Shown here one piece after another: positions 28,739-39,243 of a DNA stretch of 64,000 nt. The notes under the pieces were generated by a model. That model was not told where the DNA came from. It ran no database searches and worked only from the letters and a program-made list of their open reading frames with translations. Every line of letters starts with the position of its first letter. Positions within the stretch are counted from its first letter, which is position 1. The stretch lies in NCBI GenBank assembly GCA_020148055.1, contig JAHCRF010000001.1, forward strand, positions 5,378-69,377, in the 5' to 3' direction. Source of the stretch: Patescibacteria group bacterium. Its GTDB lineage: Bacteria; Patescibacteriota; Minisyncoccia; Minisyncoccales; JAHCRE01. Made by a program: the position numbers and the translations under genes.

Positions 28739-30025
28739 ATGAAAACTTCTATTAAAAAATTACCAGAATCTCAAGCCGAGATCTTGTTTGAGATTCCGGC
28801 CGAAGAATTTAAAGATTTTATTGAAAAGACAATTTCTAATTTAGCTAAAGATTTGGAGATTGAAGGATTTCGTAAAGGTCAGGCACCTAAAGAAATTGTC
28901 ATTAAGAAAATTGGTCAGGAAAAAATTCTAGCTTCAGCTGTCCAATTAGCTGTTAGAAAAAATTATCTTCAGACAATCTCTCAATTGGCAGACGAAATTG
29001 AAGTTATTTCTCAGCCAGGAATTAAGATTTTATCTGAACCTAGTTTTGATAAGGGACTAATTTTTAAAGCCCAATTTTCAGTTATGCCTAAAATTAATTT
29101 ACCAGATTATAAAAAAATTGCTTCTGAAAATAAAAAAAAGGAAGTTTCTATAAAAGAAAAAGAAGTTGAGGATGCGCTTTCATGGCTTCAAAAATCTCGG
29201 GCAAAATTTATTTTTAAAAACCAGCCAGCCGAGAAAAGAGATTTTGTCGAAATTGAATTTAGCTCCCCTCAAATTGAAGGAAATCTTAAAAGACATGATA
29301 GCTTTATTTTAGGTCAAGGAAGTTTTATTAAAGGTTTTGAGGAGAATTTAGACAAGATGTCAGCTGGTCAGGAAAAAGAATTTTCTTTAATCTTTCCGAA
29401 AAATCATTTTCGAAAAGATTTAGCCGGAAAAAAAGTTCATTTTAAAGTGAAAATGAAGTCTGTTCAGACAGTCATCTTTCCAGAAATTAATGACCAATTT
29501 GCTAAAAATTTAGGTCGTTTTGAGAACCTGACTGCTTTAAAAAAAAGTATTAAAGAGGGATTAAAAACAGAGAAGGAAAAACATGAATCTCAAAGGATTC
29601 GTCAGAAGATTTTAGAAAAAATAGCCCAAAAAACAAAATTAGAAATTCCGGAAATTTTAATTACAGCGGAGAAAAAGAGAATGGCAGATAGTTTTAAAAA
29701 ATTAGTTTCAGAGAAACTTAAAATTTCTTTTGAGGATTATTTAACTAAAATTAAAAAGACCGAAAAACAGCTTTTGGATACTTTTTCTTCTGAGTCTGAA
29801 AGGAAAATCAAATATTCTTTAGTTTTAAGGAAAATCTCAAAGATAGAAAAAATTGGAGTTTCTGAAGAAGAGATAAAAACTGAGATAAATAAAATTTTAA
29901 AAAATTATCCAGAAATTAAGAAAGCCGAAAAAGAACTTGATTTAGAGAAGTTAAAAAGTTATTATAAAGAAGTGATACGAAACGAAAAAACTCTAAAGTT
30001 TTTAGAAAATTTATCAAAAAAATAA
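28739..30025 (+). CDS. tig: trigger factor
   Basis: GFRKGQAP signature and FKBP domain ([16 protein letters not shown]). Confidence 0.95.
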   Translation: MKTSIKKLPESQAEILFEIPAEEFKDFIEKTISNLAKDLEIEGFRKGQAPKEIVIKKIGQEKILASAVQLAVRKNYLQTISQLADEIEVISQPGIKILSEPSFDKGLIFKAQFSVMPKINLPDYKKIASENKKKEVSIKEKEVEDALSWLQKSRAKFIFKNQPAEKRDFVEIEFSSPQIEGNLKRHDSFILGQGSFIKGFEENLDKMSAGQEKEFSLIFPKNHFRKDLAGKKVHFKVKMKSVQTVIFPEINDQFAKNLGRFENLTALKKSIKEGLKTEKEKHESQRIRQKILEKIAQKTKLEIPEILITAEKKRMADSFKKLVSEKLKISFEDYLTKIKKTEKQLLDTFSSESERKIKYSLVLRKISKIEKIGVSEEEIKTEINKILKNYPEIKKAEKELDLEKLKSYYKEVIRNEKTLKFLENLSKK

Positions 30026-30029
30026 ACTT

Positions 30030-30617
30030 ATGGCTCTCATTCCAACTGTCATTGAAAAAACTCGATATGGAGAAAAGGCCTATGATATTTATTCTCGACT
30101 TTTAAAAGATAGAATCATTTTTTTAGCTGGTCCAATTATTGATCCAGTGGCTAATTCGATTATTGCCCAGATGTTATATTTAGCCGCTAAAGATCCCAAG
30201 AAAGAAATCAAGTTTTATATTAATAGCCCCGGAGGAATATTAACTTCTGCTTTAGCCATTTACGATACTATCCAATATGTGAAATGTCCGGTTTCGACTG
30301 TCTGTGTGGGGGCAGCTGGTTCAGGAGCAGCGGTTTTACTAGCAGCTGGTGCTAAAGGAAAGAGATTTGCCTTGCCTAACGCCGAAATTTTACTCCATCA
30401 GGTAGCTGTTAGTGGTTTAGGTGGGCAAGCAGTAGAAGTTGAAATCGCTGCTAAACAAATTGTGAAATTAAAGAATAAAATAAACAAAATTTTAGCCAAA
30501 CACACCGGTCAACCCTTAGAAAAACTTGAAAAGGATACTGATCGCGACTTTTATTTGTCAGCCGAGAAAGCAAAAGAATACGGAATCATCGATGAAGTAA
30601 TTAAGACAAAAGAATAA
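30030..30617 (+). CDS. clpP: ATP-dependent Clp protease proteolytic subunit
   Basis: [22 protein letters not shown]; Ser-His-Asp triad retained (AGSG, LLHQ, DRD). Confidence 0.96.
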   Translation: MALIPTVIEKTRYGEKAYDIYSRLLKDRIIFLAGPIIDPVANSIIAQMLYLAAKDPKKEIKFYINSPGGILTSALAIYDTIQYVKCPVSTVCVGAAGSGAAVLLAAGAKGKRFALPNAEILLHQVAVSGLGGQAVEVEIAAKQIVKLKNKINKILAKHTGQPLEKLEKDTDRDFYLSAEKAKEYGIIDEVIKTKE

Positions 30618-30625
30618 GTTTTGGA

Positions 30626-30650
30626 GGACAGTCTCAGGACTGTCCATTTT
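30626..30650 (+). terminator. terminator after clpP
   Basis: GGACAGTC-TCAG-GACTGTCC followed by ATTTT. Confidence 0.65.
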
Positions 30651-30662
30651 ACTTTCTAAAAT

Positions 30663-31190
30663 ATGCTAAAACTTTTAAGAAATAAAATTCAATCATTAAC
30701 CGAGACCCAGGTTAATATCCTAACAGCAATATTGGTTTTAATTAATCTTGGAATTGTCATTTTCTGGATTAATTTCTGGGTCAGTTTACCAAAAACGACT
30801 TCACCACCAATAGAGGAAAAGCCCGCCTCCTTAGTTGGAGAAATTCCCGAAGAGTTAAAACCAGGAGAAATTGGTGAACCAGAAGAAGGAGAAGGGCCGC
30901 TGGTTGAATTACCGTCAGTTATTTCTAATACTTCAGGTACTATCAAGGAAATACAAAAAGATAGATTAATAATCTTAGGTGATGGTTCAAATTTTTCAGA
31001 TCAAAAAGAAAGAGAACTGACTTTAATTTTCACTAATTCAACTATTACCTTTGAGCCGGGCCAAAAAATTAGATATCAGGCTCTTGAAAGTTTAAAATAT
31101 TTGAAAATCGGTGATTTAATAACTATTTCCTCTCCAGAAAACATCCGAGGCAAAACAGAATTTATAGTCAATTATATTAATAAACTTTAA
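30663..31190 (+). CDS. hypothetical single-pass membrane protein with a beta-rich extracytoplasmic domain
   Basis: N-terminal TM helix, Pro/Glu linker, SGTIKEI...LKIGDLITI. Confidence 0.75.
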   Translation: MLKLLRNKIQSLTETQVNILTAILVLINLGIVIFWINFWVSLPKTTSPPIEEKPASLVGEIPEELKPGEIGEPEEGEGPLVELPSVISNTSGTIKEIQKDRLIILGDGSNFSDQKERELTLIFTNSTITFEPGQKIRYQALESLKYLKIGDLITISSPENIRGKTEFIVNYINKL

Positions 31191-31362
31191 TCCTAAATTA
31201 GTAAAATTCCTAAGTTGCTCTGCTTTGAATTCACAATAAATGATAAGGAAAAGAGTCCGGTCTATCTTTATAAATACAAAGAAGGAACTTTTCTTAAAAT
31301 TTGATAGGTTTGATATAATAAATTAACTGTTTAGTTTGAAGTTTCGGACAATATTTTTCACT

Positions 31363-32751
31363 ATGTCTAAAAAAATTTTTATTTTTTTAATAATAATTCT
31401 TCTGATAGCTTTTGGTTTTCTGATTTTTAATTTTAGAAAGGCTAAAGAAATTGGAGCCTTTGCTGACGGCCAAAATGCTTGGGGCTGGGCCTGGTCGGAA
31501 AAGATTGGCTGGATTAGTTTTAATAATACAACAGGTGGTGGGGCAATAGATTATGGAGTAAATATTGATCCTGCAACTGGCAATTTAACTGAGTATGCCT
31601 GGTCGCGAGGAACTACTGCTGATGTAGGAGGAATTGGCTGGATTAGTTTTAATCCAGCCGGTCCTTATCCAGAAGCCCCCGATTATTCCGCTTGTCTGGA
31701 TTTACCAGGAGCTGGTCAGGTTTGCGATGGTGTTGGAGATTGGACAGTTTCTGGTTGGGCAAGGGCTTATCGGCCAATAGAACCAGGAGGTCAGACCCTT
31801 GGTGGTTGGGAGGGTTGGATAAAAATGAGAGGGACTGCCCAAGACACAACTCCTTATGGAGTTTGGCTTGAAGCTACTGGTGTCCCTGATGAATATGAAT
31901 TTCGGGGCTGGGCCTGGGGAGGAGACCCCGATGTTGATCCAGAGGCAATCACTGGCTGGATTAGTTTTAATTGTAATAATCCTGAAACAGGAGATGTCTG
32001 TGGAACTTCAAATTACAAAGTAATGGCTTCTCTTGCTTTTGCCCCACCTAATCAGCTACCCTATGTTGAATCAGTGCTGCTTGATGGAGAAAATTACTGT
32101 AATATTAATCCAGGAGTTGGCCGGGTTGGATTCAAATGGACTTACCAGGATGATGATGGTGATAATCAATCTCAATATCATCTTCAGGTATTTGACCCGT
32201 TTCAGGTTTTGGTTGTGGATTCTATTAATCCTCAAAGTGTTTCTCCTGGTGGGACAGGGACTTCAGCTGTCTCAGTGGTTGATAACCCTACTGGTGATAC
32301 TTCTGATTTAGATATTGACTATGATGTTATCCCTGGCACTCCTACTACTTATTCTTGGCGAGTAAGAGCTCAGGCAGCAACAGGAAATCTAAATTGGTCT
32401 GACTGGGAACCAGGTCCAGATTTTACTACTCCTAAACATGCCTGGCCCTGGATTGATTTTGACTGGTCTCCTCAATTTGCAAGCGTTGATGAGGTTGTTC
32501 AATTCGCTGACCAATCAACTGTTTATGGTGGCGCTATTAAAGCTGCCTGGAATTGGGTATTTCCAGGAGATTGGGGATTTGAAGTAGGTAGTGACCCCTC
32601 TAGTCAAAATCCTTCTGGTAGATTTACAACCTCAGGCGAGAAAACTGTTTCTTTAACCGTGACTGATTCAGATGGTTTTGCCTGCACTGATTCCAAGAGT
32701 ATAAACGTTTCCCTTCCTCTTCCTGAATGGAAAGAGATTCCGCCTTATTAG
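31363..32751 (+). CDS. secreted/surface protein with GWAW/GWISF repeats, FN3-like and PKD-like domains
   Basis: N-terminal hydrophobic helix; repeats GWAWS..IGWISFN; C-terminal F.DQS..W.W.F...VSLTVTD. Start ATG 31363. Confidence 0.8.
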   Translation: MSKKIFIFLIIILLIAFGFLIFNFRKAKEIGAFADGQNAWGWAWSEKIGWISFNNTTGGGAIDYGVNIDPATGNLTEYAWSRGTTADVGGIGWISFNPAGPYPEAPDYSACLDLPGAGQVCDGVGDWTVSGWARAYRPIEPGGQTLGGWEGWIKMRGTAQDTTPYGVWLEATGVPDEYEFRGWAWGGDPDVDPEAITGWISFNCNNPETGDVCGTSNYKVMASLAFAPPNQLPYVESVLLDGENYCNINPGVGRVGFKWTYQDDDGDNQSQYHLQVFDPFQVLVVDSINPQSVSPGGTGTSAVSVVDNPTGDTSDLDIDYDVIPGTPTTYSWRVRAQAATGNLNWSDWEPGPDFTTPKHAWPWIDFDWSPQFASVDEVVQFADQSTVYGGAIKAAWNWVFPGDWGFEVGSDPSSQNPSGRFTTSGEKTVSLTVTDSDGFACTDSKSINVSLPLPEWKEIPPY

Positions 32752-32887
32752 ATTTATAGAAGCAAATTTATCCCACACCAGGATAAATTCGGTGCGAGGT
32801 AGGCGCGGATATTAACGCGGAAGAAGATGGAGAATATTTTTCAGTCCCTTACCAGGGGATTTTTATATTTCTGATTTTTTTAAAAAT

Positions 32888-32916
32888 TTGACAGTAAGAA
32901 ATTTATTTGTTAAAAT
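32888..32916 (+). promoter_or_regulatory. sigma70 promoter of rny
   Basis: TTGACA-N17-TAAAAT. Confidence 0.7.
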
Positions 32917-33011
32917 TTTAGAAGGATTAATAATCTTGAATTTTGGATCTATTCGGCATAAAAATTAAAATTTGGTTAATATGTTGAATCACCAATTTTT
33001 CATTTCAAAAT

Positions 33012-34541
33012 ATGAATCAATTAATTTTACTTTTAGTAGGAATTTTTTCTTTGGGAATGGGAGCAATTTTAGGGTATTTCGCCCGTCAATCAATTGCCAA
33101 ACGAGATTATGCAAATATCGAAGCAAAAATCCAAAAAAGGATTTCCCAGTGTAAGGCTGAGACCGAGGCAATTTTAACAAAGGCAAAGCAAAAGGCCTTA
33201 AAAATAATTGAATCGGCCAAAAAAGAGATAGATCAAAGACGTGAGAAGCTTTTTAAAACTGAAAAACTTTTATTGAAAAGGGAGAATATTTTAGATGAGA
33301 GAATTTCTAATCTCGAGCAAAGAAAAAAGGAATTTCATCAGAAAGTTGAAAAACTTAGAAGGATAAAAGAAACCTTAGAAAATTTAGGAAAAGAGGCCCA
33401 GGGAAATTTGGAAAAAATTTCCGGATTTTCTAAAGAGGAAGCAAAAAAAGAACTATTCCAAAATCTCGAGAGAGAATATCAAAAGGAAATTTTAGAAAGA
33501 ATGAGAAAATTGGAATCAGATGGTTGGAAGAGGTTTGAGAGAAAAGCCAAGGAATTATTGGCTTTAGCAATCCAAAAGTGTGGTCTTTCACAGGCTCAGG
33601 AAATAACCACTACAATTGTGAACCTACCCTCTGAAGAAATTAAGGGAAGAATAATCGGTAAAGAGGGAAGAAATATTAGGACCTTGGAGAAATTGACTGG
33701 AGCGGAGATATTAGTGGATGATACTCCTGAAATCGTGATCGTATCTGCCTTCGATCCAATCAGACGGCAGATTGCTAAAACTGCCCTGGAGAAATTAATT
33801 CGAGATGGAAGAATCCAACCAGCTAGAATTGAAGAAATGGTTTCAAAGGCTACATCTGAGATAAATTCTCAAATTAAAAAAGCTGGGGAGCAGGCTGTCT
33901 ATGATACAGGAGTGATTGGTCTCCATCCGAAGTTGGTTCAATTGTTAGGAAGATTAAACTTTCGAACAAGTTATGGCCAGAATGTTTTGCTCCATTCAAT
34001 TGAAGTCGCCCATTTAGCTGCCGCATTAGCTTCAGAGCTAGGAGCAAATTCTCAAGTTGCTCTAAAAGCTGGTCTCTTACATGACATTGGTAAGGCAGTC
34101 GATTATCAGATTCAGGGTTCTCATGTTGATATCGGAATAAAAATCTTGGAGAGATTTGGGATAGAGAAAGAGGTAACTTCGGCTATGAAAGCTCACCATG
34201 AAGAATATCCTTATGAAAGTTTAGAAGCTATTTTAGTTCAGACAGCTGATCAAATTTCAGGGGCCAGGCCAGGGGCGAGAAAAGAAAGCTTAGAGAATTA
34301 TCTAAAAAGATTGACTGAATTAGAAACTATTGCTACTTCTTTTTCTGGGATTAGAAAGGCTTATGCCATTCAGGCTGGAAGAGAACTAAGGGTTTTTGTT
34401 AAACCTGAAGAAATTAATGACCTGGAGGCAAAAAAATTAGCCCGGGAAATTGCTGATAGAGTTGAGACTGAGCTAAAATATCCCGGAGAAATTAAGGTCA
34501 ATGTAATTAGAGAAAGCCGAGTAATTGAATACGCAAGATAA
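33012..34541 (+). CDS. rny: ribonuclease Y
   Basis: N-terminal TM helix, coiled coil, KH GRIIGKEGRNIR, HD LLHDIGK, YAIQAGRE. Confidence 0.97.
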   Translation: MNQLILLLVGIFSLGMGAILGYFARQSIAKRDYANIEAKIQKRISQCKAETEAILTKAKQKALKIIESAKKEIDQRREKLFKTEKLLLKRENILDERISNLEQRKKEFHQKVEKLRRIKETLENLGKEAQGNLEKISGFSKEEAKKELFQNLEREYQKEILERMRKLESDGWKRFERKAKELLALAIQKCGLSQAQEITTTIVNLPSEEIKGRIIGKEGRNIRTLEKLTGAEILVDDTPEIVIVSAFDPIRRQIAKTALEKLIRDGRIQPARIEEMVSKATSEINSQIKKAGEQAVYDTGVIGLHPKLVQLLGRLNFRTSYGQNVLLHSIEVAHLAAALASELGANSQVALKAGLLHDIGKAVDYQIQGSHVDIGIKILERFGIEKEVTSAMKAHHEEYPYESLEAILVQTADQISGARPGARKESLENYLKRLTELETIATSFSGIRKAYAIQAGRELRVFVKPEEINDLEAKKLAREIADRVETELKYPGEIKVNVIRESRVIEYAR

Positions 34542-34554
34542 ATTCCATTATTTC

Positions 34555-34581
34555 AAAAAGCCCTTTTATGAGGGCTTTTTT
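34555..34581. terminator. bidirectional terminator (rny / tRNA-Gly)
   Basis: AAAAAGCCCTT-TTAT-GAGGGCTTTTTT. Confidence 0.8.
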
Positions 34582-34587
34582 GATTTG

Positions 34588-34659
34588 AGCGGGTGATGGG
34601 AATCGAACCCACGTACGCGGCTTGGAAGGCCACTGCACTGACCACTGTGCTACACCCGC
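34588..34659 (-). tRNA. tRNA-Gly(TCC)
   Basis: GCGGGTG...CACCCGCT; loop CTTCCAA. Confidence 0.93.
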
Positions 34660-34674
34660 AAATTTAATTTTTTG

Positions 34675-34745
34675 TCGGGGCACCCAGATTCGAACTGGGA
34701 CTAAATCCTCCCAAAGGACTCGTGCTACCGTTACACCATGCCCCG
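34675..34745 (-). tRNA. tRNA-Pro(TGG)
   Basis: CGGGGCA...TGCCCCGA; arm AGTCC-TTTGGGA-GGATT. Confidence 0.92.
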
Positions 34746-34825
34746 TCCTCTTCAACATATCAAGATTTCTCTTCCTAGTCAATTTATTTTGCTTGTTCTT
34801 TTTTAAATGTGCTATAATAAAAGTG

Positions 34826-35767
34826 ATGAAGCTCAAAAAAATTCTTCATCAATTAAATATTCCTGCTCAGTGTCGAAGATACAGAGTTCCCCTTTGGCAG
34901 TGCCCTCAATTTCTCTTTCCAATTATGGGAATAGTTATTATTGGGGCAGCTGTTATCGCTTATCTAATTGGTACTCGTTATATCAAAGACCCGGAAATAA
35001 TTGCCTTAATTGTCCTTATCTCAAGTGGTGTTTTGTTTATTCTCACTTACATTATTACCATTTCTTTTGAAAGATTGGCTGAAGTCAGCCGGATGAAGTC
35101 GGAATTTATTAGCATTGTCTCTCATCAATTACGCTCCCCAATTACTAATTTAAGTTGGGCAATTGATATTTTAATGTCCAGAGGGTTGAGGGGGGCTGAA
35201 AAAAAACAACTGGAATATTTTAAGATTTTAAAAGAAAATAGTGGTCGGATGAAGGAATTAGTCCAGGATTTACTTGATGTCCTGAGAATTGAGGAAGGTA
35301 GTTTATTAATTAGAAAAGAAAAGATTTCTTTAGTAGAAATAGTTAAGAGTTTGATTTTTAAATTCCAGCCTTTTGCCCTGAGTTCAAATGTCGAGATAAA
35401 ATTTGATTTTGATAAAAACCTACCAGAAATCTTTACCGATTCTCATCAGATAAAAGTGGTTATTGAGAATCTTTTAGATAATGCTATCCGTTATATTAAG
35501 AGAAAGGGTGAAGTTAAGATTCGTTTAAGAAAAAAGGAAAACGAGGTCCTTTTCGAAATTAAAGACAATGGGGTTGGTATTCCTGAAGAAGATCAGAAAT
35601 ATATTTTTCAGAAATTCTTCCGTTCAAAAAGTGGAACAAAGCAGCAAGGGAGTGGTCTTGGTCTTTTTATCACCAAATCAATTATTGAGAGATTGGGAGG
35701 AAAAATTTGGTTTGAATCCGAGGAAGGAAGGGGGACAACTTTTTGGTTCACTTTACCAATTAAATAA
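34826..35767 (+). CDS. sensor histidine kinase (2 TM, HisKA + HATPase)
   Basis: SHQLRSP H-box, NLLDNA, DNGVGI, GSGLGL. Start moved to ATG 34826 because the tracked ORF overlaps tRNAs. Confidence 0.93.
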   Translation: MKLKKILHQLNIPAQCRRYRVPLWQCPQFLFPIMGIVIIGAAVIAYLIGTRYIKDPEIIALIVLISSGVLFILTYIITISFERLAEVSRMKSEFISIVSHQLRSPITNLSWAIDILMSRGLRGAEKKQLEYFKILKENSGRMKELVQDLLDVLRIEEGSLLIRKEKISLVEIVKSLIFKFQPFALSSNVEIKFDFDKNLPEIFTDSHQIKVVIENLLDNAIRYIKRKGEVKIRLRKKENEVLFEIKDNGVGIPEEDQKYIFQKFFRSKSGTKQQGSGLGLFITKSIIERLGGKIWFESEEGRGTTFWFTLPIK

Positions 35768-35774
35768 ATTGTTC

Positions 35775-35862
35775 GGAAAGATAATTTTTGGTACCTACTT
35801 TTTCATTTAACCAAGCCGGACATCGTGCCTGCTTAGCTTAGTAGTCTCAAAAATTACTTTCC
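35775..35862. repeat. palindromic element with imperfect terminal inverted repeats
   Basis: GGAAAGATAATTTTTGGTACCTACT...AGTAGTCTCAAAAATTACTTTCC; ends resemble those of 23447-23570. Confidence 0.6.
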
Positions 35863-35877
35863 TGCTTTTACTAATTT

Positions 35878-36252
35878 ATGCCAAAAACTATATTATTTAT
35901 TGAAGATGAGTCGTCTCTTCAAGAAACTTTTAGAGGTATTTTAATAAGGGAAGGCTATGAAATGATTTCAGCTATGGATGGAGAAGAAGGCCTGAAATTA
36001 GCAAAAACTGAAAAACCAGATTTAATCCTCTTAGACCTTATTCTACCAAAAATTGATGGTTTTAAAGTTCTGAAGAGATTAAAAGAGGATCCCGAAACAA
36101 AAAAAACTCCAGTCATTATTTTAACCAATCTTGAAGATGTAGAGAATGTGAATAAAGCTCTTGAATTAGGAGCAACAACTTACTTAGTTAAGGCAAGTTA
36201 TAGCCCGGAAGAAATATTGGAAAAAATTAGAAGAATCTTAGGAGAACGCTAA
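35878..36252 (+). CDS. single-domain response regulator (REC)
   Basis: ILFIEDE, PDLILLDLILP, ILTN, YLVK. Confidence 0.93.
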   Translation: MPKTILFIEDESSLQETFRGILIREGYEMISAMDGEEGLKLAKTEKPDLILLDLILPKIDGFKVLKRLKEDPETKKTPVIILTNLEDVENVNKALELGATTYLVKASYSPEEILEKIRRILGER

Positions 36253-36272
36253 AAAATTTTATAAGCCAAAAT

Positions 36273-38021
36273 ATGCGTGTTGAACCGGGACAATTAAAAG
36301 CCTTTCTTTTAGACGCTGGTTTGGTTACCAAAGAGAAATTCGAGAAGGCTCTAAAAAAAGCTGAAAAGACCGAACAGAAAGTCGGGGATGTTTTAATTTC
36401 TGAAGGTTTGATTACCCAAGAGGAACTAATTAAACTCGAGGCCTATATTTTAGGAGTTCCTTTTGTGAATTTAGAAAAAGAAATCATTTCTCCGGAAGTT
36501 TTAAAGCTTATTCCTGAACCAATTGCCAGATCCCATAATATTGTTGCCTTTAGAAAAAAGGGAAAAACTTTAGAAGTAGCCATGTTGGATCCAGAAGATT
36601 TAAGGATGATTGAGTTTATTAAAAAGACTGCTAACCTTAAAATCCTACCAAGGCTAACTACTCCAGGCTCTATTAAAAATGTTTTGCGTCAATACCAAAA
36701 AACTTTGGAGGCTGAATTTGGCGAAATTATAAGAAAGGAAGCTGGGGAAATAATTCCAATAAAGGAAGAAGAAATAGTGGAGGAAAAAGAGGAACTAAAA
36801 AAAGTAGCCAAGGAATTACCAGTAATTCGGATTGTCGATACCTTGTTAAAACATGCCATTTTACAGAGAGCTTCTGATATTCATATAGAACCAACAGAAA
36901 AAGAAGTAATGATTAGATATCGAATTGATGGAATTTTACATGATGCCATGGTCCTTCCAAAACAAGCTAGCTCAGGAATTGTAGCCAGGATTAAAGTTCT
37001 CTCTGATTTGAAGCTAGATGAACATCGACTCCCCCAAGATGGTCGATTTAAAATTGAAACTGAGGAATATCGCTATTCTCTTCGAGTTTCCATTCTCCCA
37101 GTTTTTGGTGGGGAGAAAATCGTTATGCGCCTTTTACCAGAAGAAGCCAAGGTTCTTACTTTAGAAGGCTTAGGACTAAGAGGAGAAGCTTTAGAAAAAA
37201 TTCTAATTAATTTAAGAAAACCAGCGGGAAAGATTTTGATTACTGGTCCCACCGGCTGTGGAAAGACCACAAGCCTGTATGCTATGCTGGAGATTTTAAA
37301 TACTCCGGCAGTCAATATTTCAACTATTGAAGATCCAATTGAATACCGAATACCCAGAATCAATCAGACTCAGGTTAACCCAAAAATCGGCCTCACTTTT
37401 GCTTCTGGTTTAAGAACTTTAGTCAGACAGGATCCAGACATTATCATGGTTGGAGAAATTAGAGATAATGAAACCGCCGGTTTAGCTATCAATGCTGCCC
37501 TGACCGGACATTTAGTTTTGTCAACTTTGCATACTACCAACGCTGCCGGGGCCGTTCCCAGATTGATTGATATGAAAGCTGAACCATTTTTGATTTCCTC
37601 AACTTTAAATTGTATTTTAGCCCAGAGATTGGTCAGAAAATTTTGTAAAGAAAAAGAAAAATATAATCTATCAGAATCAGAAATAAAAAATTTAGAAAGA
37701 TACTGCAATTTGAATAGAATTTTGCAGATTTTAAAAGAGGAAAAAATTGTTAAAAAAAATCAAACCTTCAAAGATATTGAGTTTTTTCGACCGAAGTCCT
37801 CAAAAGAATGTCCAGAGGGCTACAAAGGTCGAATTGGAATTTTTGAAATTTTACCAATTACTGAAACTATAAAAGAGTTAATTGTTAAGCGGGCTACTTC
37901 GGATCAGATTCAGGCTCAGGCACAGAAAGAGGGGATGAGGACGATGATTGAAGACGGTTTCGTTAAAGCAGCCCAAGGAATAACCAGTATTGAGGAGATA
38001 TTACGAGTCATTATAGAATAA
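36273..38021 (+). CDS. pilB: type IV pilus assembly ATPase PilB/GspE
   Basis: ASDIHIEP, PQDGRF, GPTGCGKT, RQDPDIIMVGEIRD, TGHLVLSTLH. Confidence 0.95.
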   Translation: MRVEPGQLKAFLLDAGLVTKEKFEKALKKAEKTEQKVGDVLISEGLITQEELIKLEAYILGVPFVNLEKEIISPEVLKLIPEPIARSHNIVAFRKKGKTLEVAMLDPEDLRMIEFIKKTANLKILPRLTTPGSIKNVLRQYQKTLEAEFGEIIRKEAGEIIPIKEEEIVEEKEELKKVAKELPVIRIVDTLLKHAILQRASDIHIEPTEKEVMIRYRIDGILHDAMVLPKQASSGIVARIKVLSDLKLDEHRLPQDGRFKIETEEYRYSLRVSILPVFGGEKIVMRLLPEEAKVLTLEGLGLRGEALEKILINLRKPAGKILITGPTGCGKTTSLYAMLEILNTPAVNISTIEDPIEYRIPRINQTQVNPKIGLTFASGLRTLVRQDPDIIMVGEIRDNETAGLAINAALTGHLVLSTLHTTNAAGAVPRLIDMKAEPFLISSTLNCILAQRLVRKFCKEKEKYNLSESEIKNLERYCNLNRILQILKEEKIVKKNQTFKDIEFFRPKSSKECPEGYKGRIGIFEILPITETIKELIVKRATSDQIQAQAQKEGMRTMIEDGFVKAAQGITSIEEILRVIIE

Positions 38022-38022
38022 A

Positions 38023-39243
38023 ATGCCAAAGTTTTTCTATACTGCTAAATCTTTTAAAGGAGAAATAAAATCAGGAATTTTAGAAGCCAAAGATGAGCAT
38101 CAGTTAGCTAGAACCCTTCGCCAGGAAGGATATATTTTAATTTCAACAAGTTTAGAAAAAGAGATTGGGAAAGGGAAATTTAAGATTTCCCTTCCTTTTT
38201 TTGGAGGAGTATCCTTGACCGAAAAAATGATGTTTACCAGAAATCTTCGGATAATGATTGCTGCCGGTATATCTCTGCCCCGGGCTTTAGAAACTTTAGC
38301 TTCGCAGTCAAAAAGTAAAAAATTCAAGAAGGCTTTATTAGACGTAGCTGATGAGATTACCAAAGGAAGAAGCTTTTCTGATTCTTTAACTAAATATTCT
38401 GATATTTTCTCCGAACTCTTTATTAGCATGATAAAAGTAGGAGAGGAGGCAGGAACTCTAGAAGAGGTTTTAAAAATTTTAACTAATCAGATGGAAAGAG
38501 AACATGAATTAGAATCTAAAGTTAAAGGTGCGATGATTTATCCGGCGGTTATTATTTTTACTATGATCGGTATTGGAGTTTTAATGCTGATTATGGTTGT
38601 TCCAAGATTGGCTGAGACTTTTGAGGAATTGGCAATCGAGCTTCCTCCGACCACTAAGTTGGTAATTTTCCTTGGTAATTTTTTGGCTGAGAAATGGGCT
38701 TTAGCTGTCTTAATAATTCTCGCCCTTTTAATTTTATTTAGGATAATTTTAAAAACAAAGAGAGGAAAAAGAACAACCGATTTTCTAACTTTAAGAATTC
38801 CTATCATCTCCCCCATTATTAGGAAAACTAATTCAGCCTATACTGTTAGGACCTTAGCTTCTCTTATTACCTCAGGAGTGCCAATTGTCCGGGCTTTGGA
38901 AATTGTCTCGGGAGCCCTGGGAAATATTTACTTTCAAGAAGCAATGGCAGACGCCAGCGAGAAAGTTAGAAAGGGTTCTAAACTTTCCGACGCCTTGAGA
39001 TCCCATGAAGGAGTTTATCCTTCATTAGTTATTCAGATGATTGAGGTAGGGGAAGAAACTGGAGAAACTTCGACTATCCTGGCTAAGCTGGCCGATTTTT
39101 TTGAAGAGGAGGTTACCAATGCTACCAAAAATTTAACGGCAGTTATTGAACCAATCTTAATGCTTCTTATCGGAGGGGCTGTAGGATTCTTTGCAATTTC
39201 AATGATTCAGCCAATATACGGGATGTTAGGAGCAGTAAAGTGA
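38023..39243 (+). CDS. pilC: type IV pilus platform protein PilC/GspF
   Basis: GEEAGTL, AMIYP, GEETG, IEPI. Confidence 0.95.
   Translation: MPKFFYTAKSFKGEIKSGILEAKDEHQLARTLRQEGYILISTSLEKEIGKGKFKISLPFFGGVSLTEKMMFTRNLRIMIAAGISLPRALETLASQSKSKKFKKALLDVADEITKGRSFSDSLTKYSDIFSELFISMIKVGEEAGTLEEVLKILTNQMEREHELESKVKGAMIYPAVIIFTMIGIGVLMLIMVVPRLAETFEELAIELPPTTKLVIFLGNFLAEKWALAVLIILALLILFRIILKTKRGKRTTDFLTLRIPIISPIIRKTNSAYTVRTLASLITSGVPIVRALEIVSGALGNIYFQEAMADASEKVRKGSKLSDALRSHEGVYPSLVIQMIEVGEETGETSTILAKLADFFEEEVTNATKNLTAVIEPILMLLIGGAVGFFAISMIQPIYGMLGAVK

Noticed and set aside
30030-30617. Catalytically dead ClpP (ClpR-like)
   Set aside because: Although the motif reads AAGSGA instead of AASMG, Ser, His and Asp are all present at the expected positions.
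32752-33011. 6S RNA upstream of rny
   Set aside because: The position is suggestive, but I could not see a long rod with a central bubble, only short palindromes, a terminator and a promoter. An Infernal search would settle it.
34507-34836. Tracked ORFs or N-terminal extensions overlapping tRNAs (also 21779, 24417, 34622, 47442, 52992, the 53045 start and 63679)
   Set aside because: They are translations of tRNA sequence; true starts were reassigned downstream where a real gene exists.
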